This document shows, in pieces, positions 59,792 to 64,000 of a stretch of 64,000 nucleotides of DNA. The stretch's first letter is position 1, and each line of letters opens with the position of its first letter. This stretch comes from an uncultured Acidobacteriaceae bacterium. GTDB taxonomy: Bacteria > Acidobacteriota > Terriglobia > Terriglobales > Acidobacteriaceae. The stretch is taken from positions 35,924-99,923 of the forward strand of contig CAWCTB010000053.1 in the NCBI GenBank assembly GCA_963798275.1. The letters are read 5' to 3'. Below the pieces are notes generated by a model that was given only the letters and a program-made list of their open reading frames with translations, was not told the origin of the DNA and ran no database searches. A program made the translations under genes and the position numbers.

Positions 59792-60937
59792 CGGAATCAC
59801 CTTCACCTCTTCGCCGTTTTTGATCATCGTCGCCCCGGTGGTTACCACCCGATCGCCCGGATTCAACCCCCGCGTTACGGCAATCAAGTTCCCGTAGGCC
59901 GCGCCCAGTTCCACATCCACCAGGCGCACCTTCACGGTGTCCCCACTGCCTTCCGGCAGGAACACCGCAAAGCCGTTCGGATTATCCAAACTCCGCACCA
60001 CCGCGGTCAGCGGTACGACCGTCACCCGCTGGCTCACCGGTCCCGGCGAGATGGTGATGGACGCGATCATCCCAGCCTTCAGCCGGTTGTCGCGGTTGGG
60101 CAAGGTCACTTCCACCGAGTACACCCGGCTCTTGGGATCGGCGGACGGCGAGATCGAAGTCACTCGTCCATTGAAATTTCCCGCCACAGCATCGGTGGTG
60201 ATGGTCTCCGGGCTGCCCAGCCGAATGTGTTCCATTGCCGTATCCGGCACCCCGAACACGGCCTTCACCGAACGCACGTCCGAGATGGTGAAGCCGTTGG
60301 TCGCAGGTCCCACCAGTTGGCCGACATCGACATTGCGCTTCACCACCCAGCCATCGAAGGGCGCGCGGAGTTCGCAATACGCCAGCGCGATCTGCGCCTC
60401 CGCGATGCTGGCCTTGGCGCTCTGAATGGATGCCTGGGTGTCGAGCACTTGCGCGTTGGCATTGTCATAGTCGGTCACCGTGGCAGCCCCGTTCTTGTAC
60501 AGCACCGACATGCGATCGAACGACAGCTTGGCGCGCTCGTAGTTGGCCTGGCCGCGCGCCAGTTGCGCATTGGCCTGTTGCAGCTTCTCCTTGTAATCGC
60601 TCTGATCGACCGTCGCCAGCACCGTGCCCCTGGTCACCCAGTCGCCTTGGTCGATGTTGCGCACTTGTCCGTTCGCGTCTTTTACCTGGCGGATGCTGGT
60701 CAGATATCCGTTTGATTTGAAGGCCAGGTCGACCTGCTGATAGGGCTGGATGTTGGCCGAGTATGTATTCGAGGTTCCTGCGTTGATCGACTGCACTTCG
60801 CTGGTGCGCACCGGAGTCATCGGCCGCGGCGTGGAAGTGGCTTCCCGGCAACCACTCATCAGCGTGGCGCCCGCCAGGGAGACTGCCAGCAGGGAAGTCG
60901 CAACCATGCTCCGCCTCTGCCGCTTGCTCTGCATCAT
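59789..60937 (-). CDS. Efflux RND periplasmic adaptor subunit (membrane fusion protein)
   Basis: Lipoprotein-like N-terminus (LAGATLMSGC), a coiled-coil hairpin and a beta-barrel, with C-terminal GDRVVTTGATMIKNGEEVKVIP. The start overlaps the tolC stop (ATGA). Confidence 0.9.
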   Translation of the reverse strand: MMQSKRQRRSMVATSLLAVSLAGATLMSGCREATSTPRPMTPVRTSEVQSINAGTSNTYSANIQPYQQVDLAFKSNGYLTSIRQVKDANGQVRNIDQGDWVTRGTVLATVDQSDYKEKLQQANAQLARGQANYERAKLSFDRMSVLYKNGAATVTDYDNANAQVLDTQASIQSAKASIAEAQIALAYCELRAPFDGWVVKRNVDVGQLVGPATNGFTISDVRSVKAVFGVPDTAMEHIRLGSPETITTDAVAGNFNGRVTSISPSADPKSRVYSVEVTLPNRDNRLKAGMIASITISPGPVSQRVTVVPLTAVVRSLDNPNGFAVFLPEGSGDTVKVRLVDVELGAAYGNLIAVTRGLNPGDRVVTTGATMIKNGEEVKVIP

Positions 60938-62338
60938 TCCTCACCTATCGATTTCTGGAAGCCTGCTTTGGCGCTCCAGAACTCGGCCACCGCGTTGTTA
61001 TAGTCCGAATCCGCACTCTCGGTGGCAGCCTGTTGTTGCAGTACGTCGCGCAGCAGCGCGGTCTTCTGCTGGTACTGCAGCGTTACCTCGCGCAGCTTCT
61101 CGCGCGACGCCTCCTGCTTGGCCTGGGCCACCGCCACCGCCGCCCGGGCTTCCCGCAGGGCACGGAACTTGTCGCCCACGTTGATCAGGATTTGTGACTT
61201 GGTGCTGCTGAGCTTCAGCTTGCTCTGCTCGATGTTGATCGTCTTCTCGGCCACGTCGTGCTTGCGGCGTCCCCAGTCGAACGGCTCCCAGCGGAACTCG
61301 AAGCCGGCGTTGGCCACGTTCTGCGGCACAAAGTCATAGCCAAAGGGCGAGGTGTACTGCACGGAAATGTTCAGGTCGGGGATGAATTGCGCCTTGGCCA
61401 GAGCGCGCGCGTTGGTCGCCTGCTTCACGTCGATTTCCGCTTCCGCCACTTGCGGATTCTGCTCCAGCGCCTTGGCCTCCGCCATCTCCAGGTTTTCTTC
61501 CACCGCGGAAACCGGCGCTACCGCCGCCGTGCGAAATGGCGTATTGAGGTTGCGCCCCAACAGGTCGTTGAGCGTTTCCTTCGCGGTTTCCAGATTGTCC
61601 TGAGCCTTCAGCACTTTCAACTGCTCGTCGGCCAGCTTGGCCTTGACCTCCAGATTTTCCGACTTCAGCGCTACCTGCTGCGAAACGTACTGCAGGGTGA
61701 TGCGATCCAGTTCCTGGTACTGCTTGATGCTGGCCTGCATGGAATCGATTTGATCTTGAATCTGAATGACCTTGTAATAGGCTTGCCGGACATCGTCGAC
61801 CACCGTCTGGCGCTCGCCCAGCAATTGCTCTTTCGCCTGTTCCACCTGGAGTTCCTGCCCTTTCAAATAAAGGTTGATGCGGTAGAGCGACAGCAGCGGT
61901 TGCGATGCGCTGGCGGTTACCAGTGCCGTAGGTTGCGCGGGCGTGGTGATGTAGGTGGTCGTCGCGGGAATCGGACCTGTGGCCGGGATAGGTGCCAAAC
62001 TCGCCGGCCGGAAACGTATAGGAGATCGGGCTAAGCAGTTGCGAACCAAAGACGTAGGTGCTGAACGACGGCAGGCGCTTGGTTTTGTCCGCCGCCAGCT
62101 TCTCTTTGTGGACATCGAGGTTCAGCGAGACGATCTTAAGGTTGCGGTTGTTGGCCAGCGCGATCTTCACCGCATCGTCGACCGTCAACACGTCCGGCTG
62201 GTCAGCTTTGTCCTGCGCACGCAACGTCAGCGGGAAGGGAAGCGCCGCGAGCAGAAGCCAGAGCGCTACGGAGGCTAAATGCGCCAGCCGCTTGACTCCG
62301 CAGTCACACGCTCCAGAAATGACACCAGTGATGAGCAT
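60934..62338 (-). pseudogene. TolC-family outer membrane efflux protein; one frame break (~61985, extra C in TATCCCGGCC)
   Basis: The N-terminus (signal peptide, LTVDDAVKIALANNRNLKI) is in the ORF 61334-62338 frame. The remainder (two OEP repeats, ...NNAVAEFWSAKAGFQKSIGEE) is in ORF 60934-62115. Confidence 0.85.
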
Positions 62339-62597
62339 CCGGTAATGCTGTCTTCAAACTCTGGGCGTCACGCGCCCCGAAACCACGGGCTCGAACGCAT
62401 CTGTTGCCTGCGACCAATCACGCTGCTTTCTGGGGCGTGAGTGCCGTCAGACGGATGTGTCGGAGCCGAAGAACAGAGAGCGGGAGTGTATCCTGTAGCC
62501 CTCTCGGGCGGCAAGAGCAATTCCACGGGCTTGTCTGTCCTGTATCTTGGAGCGGTGGTGGGAAGCCACCATGTCCGTGGCGGTTAAGAACAGCATT

Positions 62598-62628
62598 TCA
62601 ACCACTGTCCACTAACCATTGCCCCCTA
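62598..62628 (-). repeat. Degenerate heptanucleotide tract in register with the stop codon
   Basis: The minus strand reads TAGGGGG-CAATGGT-TAGTGGA-CAGTGGT-TGAAATG. The first TAG is the stop codon of the 62626-63474 gene. Confidence 0.55.
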
Positions 62629-63474
62629 ATGCTTTCCTGTCGGTGCCGGCGCAGTTGTCGCCGACGTCTGATGCCGCGGCTGCAACCTCTTCACGATGGT
62701 CGGCCAATACTGCTTCACCACGTTACCGGCGGCGGTCGCGGCAATGTCGATCCCATAGCGCTCGAAGGTCTTTCCCGCCGTCTGTGCATCTGGGGGCATA
62801 TAGGCGTTGGCCAGGGCTTCCCCCGCCAGGGGACCCACCAGGCCCGACCAGTTCGCCACAGTGTGGCCGTCTCGATCGTCACGGGTCACAAAGGTCCGCC
62901 GCACCGCGTATCCCACTGCGGCTTTGATGTCCGACGTGGGCTTCACAAAATATCGCGGGTCTTCATGCAGCGCCGACGCCAGCAGCCAGGTCCCGAAGAA
63001 CTGGCTCGAAGCTCTGCGTGCCATCGATGCTCCGAAGCGCTTGGCGTAGCCTTCGCCGCCCTGCCCATAGCCTTGCGGGCTGTCGGTCGCCTGCCCAATG
63101 CCCGCGCCGGCCAGCGAACTGAGAATCGAAGCGCCAGAGATGCTATTGCTGGCGAACAGTTTGAACTTCTCCGCGCTGGTCAACGGACGCGTCGAGGTCG
63201 CCAGGGCGGGAAAGATCAGCGAGGTACGCGCCGCAAGGTCCACCATCCCAAGGCCGGCTTCGAAGGCTCCGCCCACGGCTTGTCCGGCCTGGGTCATCGC
63301 GCCCGGCGAAGGTGCGTCCGGAAGCTTCTTCTGGGTGGGTTGCTCCTGTGCCGATGCCAGCACGCCTGCCAGAAAGAGGAGCAGGATTGCGAGCGGTCCG
63401 GATTTGCGATGATGGATCGCCGCGCGCCAGGGCTGCGCCGGACCTCGGTTGAAATCGCCGGGTAGGTGCAACAA
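62626..63474 (-). CDS. Conserved hypothetical secreted protein
   Basis: Signal-like segment GPLAILLLFLAGVLASAQ. The motifs LTSAEKFKLF...YGQGGEGYAKRFGA...HEDPRYF recur in uncharacterised acidobacterial proteins. Confidence 0.55.
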   Translation of the reverse strand: MLHLPGDFNRGPAQPWRAAIHHRKSGPLAILLLFLAGVLASAQEQPTQKKLPDAPSPGAMTQAGQAVGGAFEAGLGMVDLAARTSLIFPALATSTRPLTSAEKFKLFASNSISGASILSSLAGAGIGQATDSPQGYGQGGEGYAKRFGASMARRASSQFFGTWLLASALHEDPRYFVKPTSDIKAAVGYAVRRTFVTRDDRDGHTVANWSGLVGPLAGEALANAYMPPDAQTAGKTFERYGIDIAATAAGNVVKQYWPTIVKRLQPRHQTSATTAPAPTGKH

Positions 63475-64000
63475 GATATACCTCGCTGAGAGTTTTCGTT
63501 GCGCCCGGCATCTTATCCGAGGCAGTGGTGTGTCGGTCAGGTCAGTTTAGCCGAAAGCGAGCACCGCGGCGAGTCCATCGAGCGCCGGGTTGTGGGTCAC
63601 TTCCCACTACCGAGTGTCGCGAGAGCGACGGCCCGATGGTTGGCCCGAGCGCGCGCTTTTCATTTCGTTGGCTGATTTGCGGACCAGTGTTCGACCAGGC
63701 GGCGGGTACCATCGCGGTTGATTTCCACTGTCCACCGCGCGCTCACGACGGGAACGCGCATGACCGGAACGTGGGTTTCGGCGTGATCGCAAACCGAAGT
63801 CGCAACCGCTGTGCGGAAGAGTGAAGATGCCGGGGAAAAGCAAGTAGGTTGATGGCTGCCATGGCTTACCTCCTGCGCTGGTTTTTTCGACGAACTGACG
63901 ACACAGCGCAGCCAACTGTGACGCGGATCGTCACGAGCAGGCGCCGATCGCAAAACGGCAATGCTGATTGGCCGTGATGTTCGTCGAAATTGGCTTTGGG

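Noticed and set aside
63525-64000. Possible small minus-strand gene at the window edge: an RBS plus ATG near 63856, and a tail reading ...RWTVEINRDGTRRLVEHW
   Set aside because: It would need a frame break to be joined, the family resemblance (SnoaL-like?) is vague, and the region runs off the window.

Overview
This is a high-GC bacterial chromosome segment. GC was judged by eye, not computed. Gene content points to Acidobacteriota/Terriglobia: an ADOP-type duplicated permease, PEP-CTERM proteins, a CarboxypepD_reg-type TonB-dependent receptor, and FG-GAP/ASPIC and YVTN beta-propeller proteins. That assignment is an inference.

Layout:
- 1-2.7 kb: exopolysaccharide genes (a sugar transferase and a GT2).
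- 2.7-8.1 kb: visibly AT-richer accessory genes. These are a secreted beta-helix protein, a 5'-truncated TPR gene abutting an AraC fragment, and an unknown membrane/secreted pair.
- 8.1-20.3 kb: a graveyard of mobile-element debris. It holds IS110 (three pieces), IS630, IS21-IstB, IS256, IS1182-like remnants, half of a tRNA-Ser, and what looks like an ORF-less group IIC intron behind a terminator hairpin.
- 20.3-24.4 kb: a phage/ICE-like recombination module. Order is RHH repressor, SSAP-like, DUF669-like, Cas4-like nuclease, HTH protein, HNH.
- 24.7-34.2 kb: a tightly packed co-directional operon. It runs aroF, PD40/HZS-alpha-like, FG-GAP/ASPIC, YVTN propeller with di-haem cytochrome c, Reg_prop propeller, Rid-like, large solute-binding protein.
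- 34.6-48.6 kb: VKOR, a Cys/His-rich small protein plus TonB receptor, the ADOP permease, an ECF Ni/Co transporter behind a tryptophanase-family lyase, an ICMT/MddA-like methyltransferase, DUF4395, PPOX, and a wHTH-hydrolase regulator.
- 49-51 kb: an IS5 remnant and repeats.
- 51.5-54.5 kb: adh and dxs.
- 54.8-62.3 kb: a tolC-mfp-rnd efflux operon.

Three observations cut across the window:
- About 30 reading-frame breaks cluster in some genes (dxs alone has about 7), while several 2-2.5 kb genes are intact.
- A family of GC-rich hairpin (REP-like) modules fills intergenic regions, and includes a discrete ~120-bp MITE-like element with TCTGATTAAG inverted ends.
- Heptanucleotide TAG-containing tracts sit exactly at the stop codons of three genes.

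No CRISPR array, rRNA or intact tRNA was seen. All frameshift coordinates are approximate (+/- ~10 nt). All family assignments come from motif recognition, not database searches.
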